Source: Thermoplasmata archaeon (GTDB lineage Archaea > Thermoplasmatota > SW-10-69-26 > JACQPN01 > JAJPHT01). From it: a stretch of DNA of 64,000 nt. The stretch spans positions 32,001-96,000 of the forward strand of contig JAXDQU010000106.1 in NCBI GenBank assembly GCA_034667685.1, read 5' to 3'. Positions 36,981 to 45,633 of the stretch are shown piece by piece (positions within the stretch are counted from its first letter, which is position 1; the number at the start of each line of letters is the position of its first letter). A program made the translations under genes and the position numbers. The notes beneath the pieces are model-generated. The model was not told the DNA's origin. It made no database searches and saw only the letters and a list, made by a program, of their open reading frames with translations.

Positions 36981-37765
36981 AGGTCGCGGACCACCTCGTC
37001 CAGCGTGGCCTTGCCGTGGACGAGGCGGCCCACGGCGCGCGTGATGCCGGCGACGTCCTTGTGCTGCCAGAGGTTGCGTCCGACCGAGACGCCCGCGCCG
37101 CCCGCGGCGAGCGAGCCGGCGACCATCTCCAGGAAGGCGCGGTCGGTGTCGGCCTTGGGGCCGCCGCTGATGACGACGGGCACGTCCACGGACCGCACGA
37201 CCTCGCGGAACGTGTCGGGCGAGCCCGTGTAGGGGACCTTGATGATATCAGCGCCCAGCTCGTAGCCTAGGCGCGCGACCTTCTTGACGAGCTTGAGGTC
37301 GTGCGGGTTGGTGATCTCGTGGCCGCGCGGGTACATCATGGCCAGGAGCGGGAGGCCGTAGCGGTCGCAGTCGTCCGAGAGACGGCCCACGTCCTCGATC
37401 ATGCGCGACTCCTCGGGGCTGCCGACGTTCACGTGGACCGAGAGCCCGTCCGCGCCCAGGCGGAGCGCCTCCTCGACCGACGCGACGACGCGCTTGTCGT
37501 TGGGGTCGGGGTTGAGGCCCGTGCTGGCGCTCACGTGGAGCCACACGCCCATCCCGCCGACGCTGCCCGCCAGCGAGCGCACGACGCCCTTGTGGACGAC
37601 GATGCTGTCGGCGCCGCCCCGCGCGACGGCGGCCGCGGTCTCGGCCGGCCGCTCCAGGCCGGGGAGGGGGCCGTCGCTGACGCCGTGGTCCATGGGGACG
37701 ATGACGCCCTTGCCTTCCGCACCGAGGAGGCGGCGGAGCCGGAGCCGCTTGCCAACGCTTGTCAT
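36977..37765 (-). CDS. aroA': 2-amino-3,7-dideoxy-D-threo-hept-6-ulosonate (ADH) synthase, DhnA-type aldolase
   Basis: GKRLRLRR, IVPMDHG, PLLAMMYPRG, ELGADIIK, GGPK, GRNLWQ; first gene of the aro operon. Confidence 0.93.
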   Translation of the reverse strand: MTSVGKRLRLRRLLGAEGKGVIVPMDHGVSDGPLPGLERPAETAAAVARGGADSIVVHKGVVRSLAGSVGGMGVWLHVSASTGLNPDPNDKRVVASVEEALRLGADGLSVHVNVGSPEESRMIEDVGRLSDDCDRYGLPLLAMMYPRGHEITNPHDLKLVKKVARLGYELGADIIKVPYTGSPDTFREVVRSVDVPVVISGGPKADTDRAFLEMVAGSLAAGGAGVSVGRNLWQHKDVAGITRAVGRLVHGKATLDEVVRDL

Positions 37766-37833
37766 GGTCTGTCGAGGGTGTATACGCGCGGGCATATCAA
37801 GACATTGCTCCGCAAGATTGGTCATCGCCACTG

Positions 37834-37854
37834 TCCAGAAGTCGCCATTCTGGA
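37834..37854. promoter_or_regulatory. Candidate operator in the divergent aro/regulator promoter
   Basis: TCCAGAA-N7-TTCTGGA inverted repeat next to a TATA-like ATTTATG at 37858-37864. Confidence 0.35.
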
Positions 37855-37893
37855 AGGATTTATGACTCCGCTGCGCATCCTCGATCATTGGCC

Positions 37894-38394
37894 ATGTGGG
37901 ACCTTCTCACGCGCTACTTCCAGCGCTTCCCCGCCCAGAGCCGCGTCGCCCAGACGCTCCTCACCCAGGGACTGAGCGTGCGCGACGACGGCGTCTACTC
38001 GGGAGAGGTCGCCATCAGCGACACGGCCCTCGCCCGCGCGTGCGGCGTCGACCGGCGCATCATCGCCGCCACGGTCGAGACCATCCGCCGCGAGCCGGAG
38101 CTCCAGAAGGTCTACTCGCGTCTCCAACCCACCGGCCTCCTCAAGGACGTCGCGCCGCAGCTGCGCTGGGGCGTCATCGAGATCGTCCCCAGCGACGCGC
38201 GCGAGCCCGGCATCCTCGCCCACGTCGCCACCGTCATCGCCAAGCGCGGGCTCTCCATCCGCCAGGCCATCGTCGACGACCCCGACCTCGTCGAGGAGCC
38301 GCGCCTCTACGTCATCACGGAAGCGCAGGTGCCCATGGACGTCATCAGCGAGATCCGCGAAGGGCACGGCATCAAGAGCGTCGTGATCTCGTAA
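37894..38394 (+). CDS. Archaeal regulator of amino acid metabolism with ACT domain (COG2150-like)
   Basis: ALARACGVDRR HTH-like; PGILAHVATVIAKRGLSIRQ ACT; divergent from the aro operon. Confidence 0.88.
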   Translation: MWDLLTRYFQRFPAQSRVAQTLLTQGLSVRDDGVYSGEVAISDTALARACGVDRRIIAATVETIRREPELQKVYSRLQPTGLLKDVAPQLRWGVIEIVPSDAREPGILAHVATVIAKRGLSIRQAIVDDPDLVEEPRLYVITEAQVPMDVISEIREGHGIKSVVIS

Positions 38395-38433
38395 CGGCGC
38401 GCGGACTTGTTTCCTGCAACGTGTTCCGTGCTT

Positions 38434-38575
38434 CCGTGCAACGTGAACGTGGAACGAACGCCGTGAACGAGAACGTGAACGACCGTCCCGGCTAGATCTG
38501 GCCAGATCTAGCCGAGCCGCGGCGCCGTCCTGCCGTTCACGTTCACGGCCAACGTTCACGTCGCACGTTGCACGG
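38434..38575. repeat. Nested palindromic intergenic element containing copy 2 of GCTAGATCT-N4-AGATCTAGC
   Basis: Outer arms CCGTGCAACGTG/CACGTTGCACGG, GTGAAC repeats left and GTTCAC right, perfect 26-bp core palindrome at 38489-38514. Confidence 0.75.
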
Positions 38576-38651
38576 GACGCGCCCAAGTCGCCTGCGCCTG
38601 GAGCAAGCCATCATGTGCTCGCCGCGGGTTGAGGACGGCGTGCGCCCCCGC

Positions 38652-39104
38652 ATGGTCTGGTACCGCTACCGGCGCGAGTTCCCGCACGGCGCGCAGGAAT
38701 GCTATCGGTGGCTCACGGACTACCAAGACCACGACCCCGACCTGGCCAACCGGAACATCCTCCAGGAGCGGCAGGTCGAGTCGCGCAGCCCGGAGCGCGT
38801 CGTGATGCGCGTGCGCAACGACGTCCTGGGGCGCAGCATGGCCGGGCGCGCGGAGGTGCGCCTGTTCCCCGAGGAATTGCGCTACGAGGCGCGCCCGCTC
38901 GAAGGCGATGGCGGCGGCCTTCTCTACACCTATCGGCTCACGCCCCTGGGGCCCGGCCGCGCGCGGCTGGAGGTCGCCTACGGGCACCGCGCGCGGAAGC
39001 TGAAGCGCTGGCTTCAGCTGCAGCTCGCGCGCCTGGCCGCGCTGCGCCGCATCGCGCGCATGTGGGACGGGTTCGCCGACGCGATGGCGAAGGACCTGGG
39101 CTGA
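38652..39104 (+). CDS. SRPBCC/START-like hypothetical protein
   Basis: ECYRWLTDY...YTYRLTPLGPGRARLEV, long C-terminal helix. Confidence 0.6.
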   Translation: MVWYRYRREFPHGAQECYRWLTDYQDHDPDLANRNILQERQVESRSPERVVMRVRNDVLGRSMAGRAEVRLFPEELRYEARPLEGDGGGLLYTYRLTPLGPGRARLEVAYGHRARKLKRWLQLQLARLAALRRIARMWDGFADAMAKDLG

Positions 39105-39170
39105 ACGCCTGGCGCGCCGAAGCGGATTCGGGGGCAGGTTCATCTGATCCGGCGGCCAAGCACAGGCCAC

Positions 39171-39356
39171 ATGCCTGGCCGCAAGAACCCGTCGAGCCAC
39201 GACAACGAGGACCTGCGCGACTTCCGCCGCTTCCAGGCGCGCCTGCGCGGCGAAGGCGTCGTGGGCGACCAGGCGCCCGGCATGGACATCCTCGCCTCGC
39301 CGCGGCCGGACGCTGAAGTCCGGCGGTCGAAGCACCGCGAGAATTTTAGGCGATAG
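39171..39356 (+). CDS. Small hypothetical protein
   Basis: 61-aa ORF with GC3-rich codons. Confidence 0.4.
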   Translation: MPGRKNPSSHDNEDLRDFRRFQARLRGEGVVGDQAPGMDILASPRPDAEVRRSKHRENFRR

Positions 39357-39392
39357 GGGGTTCGGGGGCGCAGCCCCAACGTCTGGACCTCG

Positions 39393-39411
39393 TCTCAACC
39401 TGGGGTTGAGA
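39393..39411. terminator. Hairpin between convergent genes
   Basis: TCTCAACC-TGG-GGTTGAGA. Confidence 0.3.
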
Positions 39412-39422
39412 TTCCGTTCGCG

Positions 39423-40193
39423 CTACGTGAAGCCCGCGCGACTCTCGATGACCACACTTTGGATGACCGTCTCAGGCACGAATCGCGCGTCCATGTCCGA
39501 CGCAGCCGGTCCGGTGAGGTCCCGGACGTAGAATCCGTCGGGCGTCTGAGCCACGAAGAAGAACGTCTGGTTGTCCAGGTCGGACGGGGCCGTCGTGTGG
39601 AGCGTGACTACCTTGTAGCTTGAGCGATGGGCAAGCGCGTCGTCGGCGGCGTTCCTGCCAAGCTCGGAGGCGCCGAACGTGACGAAAGCGACGACGAGGA
39701 ACACGCCGAGCGCGAGCATCCCAAGCGAGGACGCAGTCTCCGGGTCCTTCCGCTGCCACCTGCGGACGAGAAGAACGCCCACCACGCAAGCCACAATGAG
39801 CAGGAGCACCAGGCCGATGCCCCAATCCTGCGCGATGGGGCGCCCCGCAAGGGTCAGCGTGGTCACGGCGTGTGGCGTGAACGAGCTGAGCAGGAAGATG
39901 AACGCGACGATGATCGTCAACACAGCGATCTCGGCAGACGTTGCTTCACGAGGCAACCGTCGGAACTGGACGAAGAAGCGGCGGACCAGGATCGCGGCGC
40001 CGCCGAGGACCACCAACCACATCGACATGACGAAGCCTTGGATCACGAGGGTCTGCGGCGCACGGACGATGACGTTCTCGGGCACGCGCATTCGGACGTC
40101 GTAGGACGCGAACCAGAGCGTGCCCATGAACAGCCAAGCGCCCGTGACGAGGGCGACGAGGAATGCGCCATCGAGGGGGCGAGGCAACTTCAT
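39423..40193 (-). CDS. Multi-pass membrane hypothetical protein
   Basis: About five TM segments and a short soluble C domain; less GC3-biased than neighbours. Confidence 0.7.
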   Translation of the reverse strand: MKLPRPLDGAFLVALVTGAWLFMGTLWFASYDVRMRVPENVIVRAPQTLVIQGFVMSMWLVVLGGAAILVRRFFVQFRRLPREATSAEIAVLTIIVAFIFLLSSFTPHAVTTLTLAGRPIAQDWGIGLVLLLIVACVVGVLLVRRWQRKDPETASSLGMLALGVFLVVAFVTFGASELGRNAADDALAHRSSYKVVTLHTTAPSDLDNQTFFFVAQTPDGFYVRDLTGPAASDMDARFVPETVIQSVVIESRAGFT

Positions 40194-40251
40194 GCCCGCC
40201 CAAGCTCCGCCGGCAGGCAAGAACTGCGCGGAACGCGTCGGCTGTTACGCG

Positions 40252-41892
40252 TCACGTCTCCGCCGGCGTGTCGGCGCCGCTGGGCGTGATCTGCACGTTC
40301 AGCTCGGCCCACGCGGGTCCGGCGAAGTAGCGCACCTGGCGGCCGTCCTTGACGCGCTTGACGAGGCCGACGCCTTCGAGCTTCTCGACGTGCCAGCTGG
40401 CGAGCGAGGGCTGGATGCCCACGGCGGCGCACAATTCCTTCTGGCTGCTGCCGGGGTGCTCGACGATGAACTCGGCGACCTTCTTGGCCGTCTCGTTGCG
40501 CAGCGCGCCGTAGACGTCCTTCTTCTTGGTGTACTCGCCGGTGTTCACGAAGAAGCGCTTGTAGCGGCCGCTCTTCTTGGAGACGACGAGGCCGTGGCTC
40601 TCCAGGAGCTTGAGGTGGTAGACGGTCGTGCCCCAGCCGATGAGCGCCTTCTCGCCGATCTCGTGGGCGTGGATGCCGGGCGTGGCGCGGATCAGCTCGT
40701 AGATCTCGTCGCGCTTGCCGTGCTCCAGGACGTCCTGGCGCTCGATGCGGCTGTAGAGCGGGAGGAGGAGCGCGGTGGCGGCGAAGCGGAGGCGCGGCCA
40801 GAAGTAGACCAGCGCGGCGAGGAGGCCCGCGCCGCCCGCGCCGGCGGCGCCCGCGGCGACGAGCGCGGCGGTGCCGCTCTTGGCGTCGGGGTGCGCGGGC
40901 GGGATGACGCGGAGCGTGTCGCTCACGGTGAAGACGATGCGCGCGGGGTTGCCCGCCTTGGCGCTGACGAGCCCGAGCGAGATGGGGCCGGGGAGCGTGA
41001 CGTCCTGGTTGGAGTTGACGACGACGGGCTGGCCGTTGAGCGTCGTGTGGCCGCTGGCCTGCGCGAGCTGCGCGGAGCCGTGGACGTCCGCGATCGCGAT
41101 GCCATAGCCCACGAAGGGGGCGTCGGACTGCGCCGCGAGGTCGCCGCGCGTGACGTCGACCACGAGGAACGTCTCGTCGCCGCCGTTCGTCGCGAGCGTG
41201 GTGGGGAGGACGGTGTCGACGGCCTTGCCGGTGGCGGCGGACGTGCCGCGCAGGTGGACCTTGACGCCCTGGAGCAGCACGCGCATGCCCTGGTCCGCGC
41301 TGACGCTGCCGCCCCCGTTGGCGGAGAGCGAGAAGCCGTTCGCGTCGGCCTGGTAGAAGGGCTCGCCGGGTGCGCGCGCGGTGCTCGACGACCAGCCCGG
41401 CTCGTAGCCGGAGAGGTGCTGGGCCTGCGGGTTGGTGCCCAGCGAGGAGGCGGGGCCGGTCGTCGCGACGAGGCTGCCGGGCGCGCCGAAGCTCGGGCTG
41501 GGCGTCGCCTGCGTGCGGTTGTTGGTGACCGCGACCTGGTAGGCACCGGTCGCGCCCTCGACCGTCAGCGTCGCGTCGCGCAGCGTGTCGCCCTCGCTCT
41601 TGGGCGCAGCATCCGCGCAGCCCGACGGAAGGGGCGAGCCGCCGCTGCACGAGGCGGGGGAGTACGTGGTCGTGTTGTACGCGAGCTCCTGGGCGTTCAG
41701 CGTGAGCGCGAGGGGCTCGCTCCCCTTGGTCGAGACCCAGGAGACGACGCCACCGACGTAAGCCGAGTCCACCTTGCCGTTCAGGTAGATGGGGTCGTTG
41801 GCCTCGAACGTGCTTCCGCCGAAGTCGGCGGCCAGCGCGAAAGGGGCCAGGAGGGCGACGAGGGCCAAGGATGTGACCGCTGCGGCTCGCAT
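40252..41892 (-). CDS. Membrane-anchored transcription regulator: signal peptide, extracellular domain, TM, tandem winged HTH (COG3398-like)
   Basis: MRAAAVTSLALVALLAPFALA; PLYSRI..DVLEHGKRDEIYELIRATPGIH...GTTVYHLKLLE; second HTH PGSSQKEL...SWHVEKL. Confidence 0.85.
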   Translation of the reverse strand: MRAAAVTSLALVALLAPFALAADFGGSTFEANDPIYLNGKVDSAYVGGVVSWVSTKGSEPLALTLNAQELAYNTTTYSPASCSGGSPLPSGCADAAPKSEGDTLRDATLTVEGATGAYQVAVTNNRTQATPSPSFGAPGSLVATTGPASSLGTNPQAQHLSGYEPGWSSSTARAPGEPFYQADANGFSLSANGGGSVSADQGMRVLLQGVKVHLRGTSAATGKAVDTVLPTTLATNGGDETFLVVDVTRGDLAAQSDAPFVGYGIAIADVHGSAQLAQASGHTTLNGQPVVVNSNQDVTLPGPISLGLVSAKAGNPARIVFTVSDTLRVIPPAHPDAKSGTAALVAAGAAGAGGAGLLAALVYFWPRLRFAATALLLPLYSRIERQDVLEHGKRDEIYELIRATPGIHAHEIGEKALIGWGTTVYHLKLLESHGLVVSKKSGRYKRFFVNTGEYTKKKDVYGALRNETAKKVAEFIVEHPGSSQKELCAAVGIQPSLASWHVEKLEGVGLVKRVKDGRQVRYFAGPAWAELNVQITPSGADTPAET

Positions 41893-41914
41893 GCTCATCC
41901 ACCCGGAACCTCGA

Positions 41915-41922
41915 CATATAAG
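41915..41922 (-). promoter_or_regulatory. Probable TATA box, leaderless transcript
   Basis: CTTATATG on the minus strand 23-30 nt before ATG 41892. Confidence 0.5.
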
Positions 41923-41987
41923 GGTGCTGGGCTGGCCGTTGAAACGAGATTGAAACAACGCTTCAGGCCGCGATTTGACGATTGAAA

Positions 41988-42746
41988 TCAGGCGCGGCGC
42001 GCTTTCTGGACGGCGGCGATGACCTCGCCGAGCCGGTCGAAGTGGCCGTTCTCCGCGATGGTCCCGGTGACCAGGATGTCGGCTCCGGCGGCCAGGATCG
42101 CCTCGGCCTGGGCGCCGCTCCGGATGCCGCCCCCCACCACCAGGGGGATCTTGATCGCGGCGCGGACCGCGCGCACGATCTCGACGGGGCAGGGCTCGGG
42201 CGCGCCGGAGCCGCATTCGAGGTAGACGACACGCATGCCGAACATCTCGGCCGCCAGCGCCAGGCTCGCCGCCCGCGTGGCACCCGCCGCGTCCCGCGTG
42301 ATGAGATCCGCCTGGCTGACCTGGCCGACCTTCATGCCCGGCGCGACGATGAGATAGCCCATCGGGATCGCCTCGGTGCCCAAGGCGCGCAGGAGCGGGG
42401 CGCCGCGCGCCTGCTCGCCCACGATCATGCGCGGGTCGCGCGAGTTGAGCACGCTGAGGAACCAGATCGCGTCCACGTGCGGCGACATCGCGCTCGCCGT
42501 GCTCGGGAAGAGGATCACGGGCAGGTGCGTCTTCTCCCGGACGTGCAGGACGAGCTCGTCGAGGTTCTCGCTCGACACGTCGGTGCTCCCGCCCACCATG
42601 ATCGCGTCGGTGCCGGCCTCCGCCGCCAGCGTGGCGATGCGCTCGCCCGCCTTCCCGCTGGAGGTCGCCGGATCGAGCAGCGTCATGTGGACCGGGCCGC
42701 CGCGCAGGCGCTCCTCCACGTGGGCCCACACCCTCGCGCGCGTCAC
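41988..42746 (-). CDS. Geranylgeranylglyceryl phosphate synthase (group II)
   Basis: HMTLLDP, DAIMVGGS, PVILFP, SVLNS, YLECGSGA, VGGGIR, VTGT. Confidence 0.93.
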   Translation of the reverse strand: MTRARVWAHVEERLRGGPVHMTLLDPATSSGKAGERIATLAAEAGTDAIMVGGSTDVSSENLDELVLHVREKTHLPVILFPSTASAMSPHVDAIWFLSVLNSRDPRMIVGEQARGAPLLRALGTEAIPMGYLIVAPGMKVGQVSQADLITRDAAGATRAASLALAAEMFGMRVVYLECGSGAPEPCPVEIVRAVRAAIKIPLVVGGGIRSGAQAEAILAAGADILVTGTIAENGHFDRLGEVIAAVQKARRA

Positions 42747-43579
42747 CAACCCGCCACCACCTGCGCCCGCCCCGCCACGAGGGCCGCGAGCGCCAGCACC
42801 ATCCCGGCCTTCACGAGGCGCTGGGCCCGGTCCGGACGCGAGAAGCCCGTCGCCACCGCCGCCAAGAAAGCAGCATCGGCCAAGGCGACCGCGGGAACAT
42901 AGGCCCACCCTAAAACGTTTCCCCGCCACCACGGCCACGGCGAGAGCAGCACGGTGGCCACCAGGAACGCGCCCGCCACGAGCGCCGCGCCGCGCGCCCC
43001 GACGCGCATCGGCAACGTCCGCCGCGCGCCGCGATCCGCCTCGACGTCCTCCACGTCCTTGAGCACCTCGCGCCCCACCGTCGCCAACGCCGCGAGCGCC
43101 GCGACCACGAGGACGGGCCACGCGAGCCCGCCCGCCGCCAGGCCACCCACGAGGAACGGCGCGGCCGTCAACGCGCCGATGGCGAGGTTGCCCACGAGGC
43201 CCTGCGCCTTCAGCGCGCGCTCGTACCCTTCCATCAGCGGAAGCGCGACCAGCACGAGCAGGCCCACCCACGGCGCGATCAGGAAGCCCGCCGCGAGCGC
43301 GACCGCGTAGAGGGCGAGGGCCGCGACGTTCGCCGCGCGCGCCGAGACGAGCCCTCGGGGAAGCGGCCGCGACGGATGCGCCACGCGATCGACCTCGACG
43401 TCGAGCACGTCGTTGCGCAGGTTGCCCGCCGCCGCGAACGCGACCGACGCCAGGATCGCGAGCCCGACGCGCCACGCGGGAAGGAGCGCCGCGCCCGCCA
43501 GCAGCGAGCCGGCCCACGCCCCCGCGCCCGCGACGAGCACGTTGGCGGGGCGCGTCATGCGGACCAGCGGCGCGAGCAC
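42743..43579 (-). CDS. Digeranylgeranylglyceryl phosphate synthase, UbiA family
   Basis: RMTRPAN, GNLRNDVLDVEVDRVAHPSRPLPRG, REVLKDVEDVEAD; coupled to GGGPS by GTGA. Confidence 0.92.
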   Translation of the reverse strand: MLAPLVRMTRPANVLVAGAGAWAGSLLAGAALLPAWRVGLAILASVAFAAAGNLRNDVLDVEVDRVAHPSRPLPRGLVSARAANVAALALYAVALAAGFLIAPWVGLLVLVALPLMEGYERALKAQGLVGNLAIGALTAAPFLVGGLAAGGLAWPVLVVAALAALATVGREVLKDVEDVEADRGARRTLPMRVGARGAALVAGAFLVATVLLSPWPWWRGNVLGWAYVPAVALADAAFLAAVATGFSRPDRAQRLVKAGMVLALAALVAGRAQVVAGW

Positions 43580-43926
43580 GGGCGGCGAAGGCGCAGCGAG
43601 CGGATGAAGGCAGGGCAGGTGACCGGAGACGCCAGGAAGGCCCAAGCCTGAGCGACGACGACCGACGCCTTCAGCGAGGAAACCCCGCGGCTTGACGAAG
43701 GTCGATCGGCCCGCGAGCAGGGCGGGCGCCCGCGTCAAGGCCCTCCGCCCGGCGGGCCGCAGGGCGTGCACGGAGCGCGCGCGCTCGTGCCGGAGGCGGG
43801 TGGGGGCACGCGACCGCACAGCAGGCCGTCCACGCGTGGCGCGGTCCGGCCTGATCGTCACGGGCGCGGCCAACAGAAGCGCACGCAAGCCCGGCTGCCG
43901 CCCTTGCTCCGCCGAGCGACCCTGTG

Positions 43927-43944
43927 ATGTTAGGACCCTAACAT
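43927..43944. promoter_or_regulatory. Candidate operator upstream of the TrmB pair
   Basis: ATGTTAGG-AC-CCTAACAT inverted repeat 45 nt before the ATG. Confidence 0.45.
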
Positions 43945-43988
43945 GGTTGGGCTGACACAGATGGCCTCCCAGGGTGCCGGCTTGTAAC

Positions 43989-44762
43989 ATGACGGAGGCG
44001 ACGCTGCGGGCCGCGTTGGCCGTTCTGGGAATGGATGCCCGCGGCGCGAGCATCTACGAGCACCTCGGCGCGACGGGCTCCCAGGATGCCGCGAGCGTCG
44101 CGCTGGGCGTCGGCATCAGCAAGGGCCAAGCCTATCGCGCCCTCGATCAGCTCGTCCGCCGGGGGCAGGTCGCGGTGGAGGCGGCCGAGCCCGCGCGTTA
44201 TCGCGCGATCGACCTGACCCAGCAGGTGACGCTCGCTGCCGTGGACGAGGACTCCCGCGCGGCGGCATTGGCGGTCGCGCGGGTGGACTTCCGTGCCTTC
44301 ATCTCGACCGCGCAGGCGCCGCGCGCCCACGCGGCCGAGTGGAGGTTTCGGCCCGTCACGGGCCGGCACGCCTTCTACGTCGCCGCCCGGCGCCTCATCC
44401 TCAAAGCGAGGATCAGCGTCCTCGTCTCCCATGCGCGAGGCAGGCCGGGCCCTGACGACCGCGCGCGGAAGCTTCTCGATGCGGCCGCGGAGCAAAGGCG
44501 GAAGGAAGGCGTTCGCGTGAGCATCCTCACGCGGCCCTCCCCGACCGAGCTCGCGGGGAGTAACGCCAACGCGGTCCCAACCTTCTTCATCATCGACGCC
44601 CACGAGTGCTTGTTCCTCTCGCCCGCCGCGAACGCCGGCACGCGCGCGACGTGGACGAATGCGCTTCCCCTCGTCGCCATCGCCAAGATGCTCCACGACG
44701 AGCTACGGCAGGACGCGAGATCGCCAACGGCCGGTTCACAAGATGTTACGAGGAATCGCTAA
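43989..44762 (+). CDS. TrmB-family transcriptional regulator
   Basis: LAVLGM...IYEHL...GISKGQAYRALDQLVRRG...PARYRA; FFIIDAHE sensor-like domain. Confidence 0.85.
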   Translation: MTEATLRAALAVLGMDARGASIYEHLGATGSQDAASVALGVGISKGQAYRALDQLVRRGQVAVEAAEPARYRAIDLTQQVTLAAVDEDSRAAALAVARVDFRAFISTAQAPRAHAAEWRFRPVTGRHAFYVAARRLILKARISVLVSHARGRPGPDDRARKLLDAAAEQRRKEGVRVSILTRPSPTELAGSNANAVPTFFIIDAHECLFLSPAANAGTRATWTNALPLVAIAKMLHDELRQDARSPTAGSQDVTRNR

Positions 44763-44795
44763 GCCCCTGGCGACCATGCGCCTGCCGATGCGCTG

Positions 44796-45617
44796 TTGGT
44801 AGGTAACGCGCGCCCGAACGACGGTAACAACCGGAACGACCCCTCGGGGACGACGGGCGGACCCGGCGCGGCACGCGCGCTCGAAGCGCTTGGGCTCGAT
44901 CGTCGAAGCAGCGCCGTCTACGCGCATCTCTGCATCCACGGCGTCAGCAAGGCGGGCCCGATCGCGAGCGCCACGCGGCTTGGCCGCGGCGGCGTCTATC
45001 GCGCGCTGGAGGAGCTCACGAGGCGCGGTTTCGTCACCACAAGGCCGACGAGACCCAAGACGTACGAGGCCGTCGATCCGGAATCGATGTTCGCGCGCGC
45101 GATCGAGGAGAGCCAAGCGCGCAAGGCGACGATCATGGCGGCGGCCCCGGTCCTGGCCGCCTGGTGGGCGCAGGCTGCCGCTTCACGCGCATCCGACCAC
45201 GACGCGTTCCGTCTGGTCACGGGCGAGGCGAACGTCGACGCGACCGCGCGGAGGATGGCCCAGCGGGCGGAGCGCGTCCTCCGCATCTTCGACAAGAGGA
45301 CCCCGTCCGAGCGCGAGCCGGGCGCGCTGCGGGCCGATCGCATCCGCGACGCCGGGCCCCAGGCCGTCGAGCTCGACCTTGTGGACCACGCAGCGTCGGC
45401 CGCCCGCGAGGATCCCACGTCGCGGGGCGCCCACGATCCAGGCGCGCCCGCGTCATCCTGGTTCCTCGTCGCCGACGACAAGGAGGCCTTGTTCCTCGAA
45501 GACGCAGGATCGGCGCACGGCCCGATGCGGGCGACGTGGACGAACTCGCCCACGCTGGTGGCCATGGCCTCAGCCCTGCACGCGTCGCTTCGCGCCAAGA
45601 CCCGCCGACGCGCGTGA
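44796..45617 (+). CDS. TrmB-family transcriptional regulator, paralog
   Basis: LEALGL...VYAHL...GVYRALEELTRRGFV...PKTYEAVDP; FLVADDKE; ATWTN shared with paralog; start uncertain. Confidence 0.85.
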   Translation: MVGNARPNDGNNRNDPSGTTGGPGAARALEALGLDRRSSAVYAHLCIHGVSKAGPIASATRLGRGGVYRALEELTRRGFVTTRPTRPKTYEAVDPESMFARAIEESQARKATIMAAAPVLAAWWAQAAASRASDHDAFRLVTGEANVDATARRMAQRAERVLRIFDKRTPSEREPGALRADRIRDAGPQAVELDLVDHAASAAREDPTSRGAHDPGAPASSWFLVADDKEALFLEDAGSAHGPMRATWTNSPTLVAMASALHASLRAKTRRRA

Positions 45618-45633
45618 GCCGCAGGGGCCGGGG

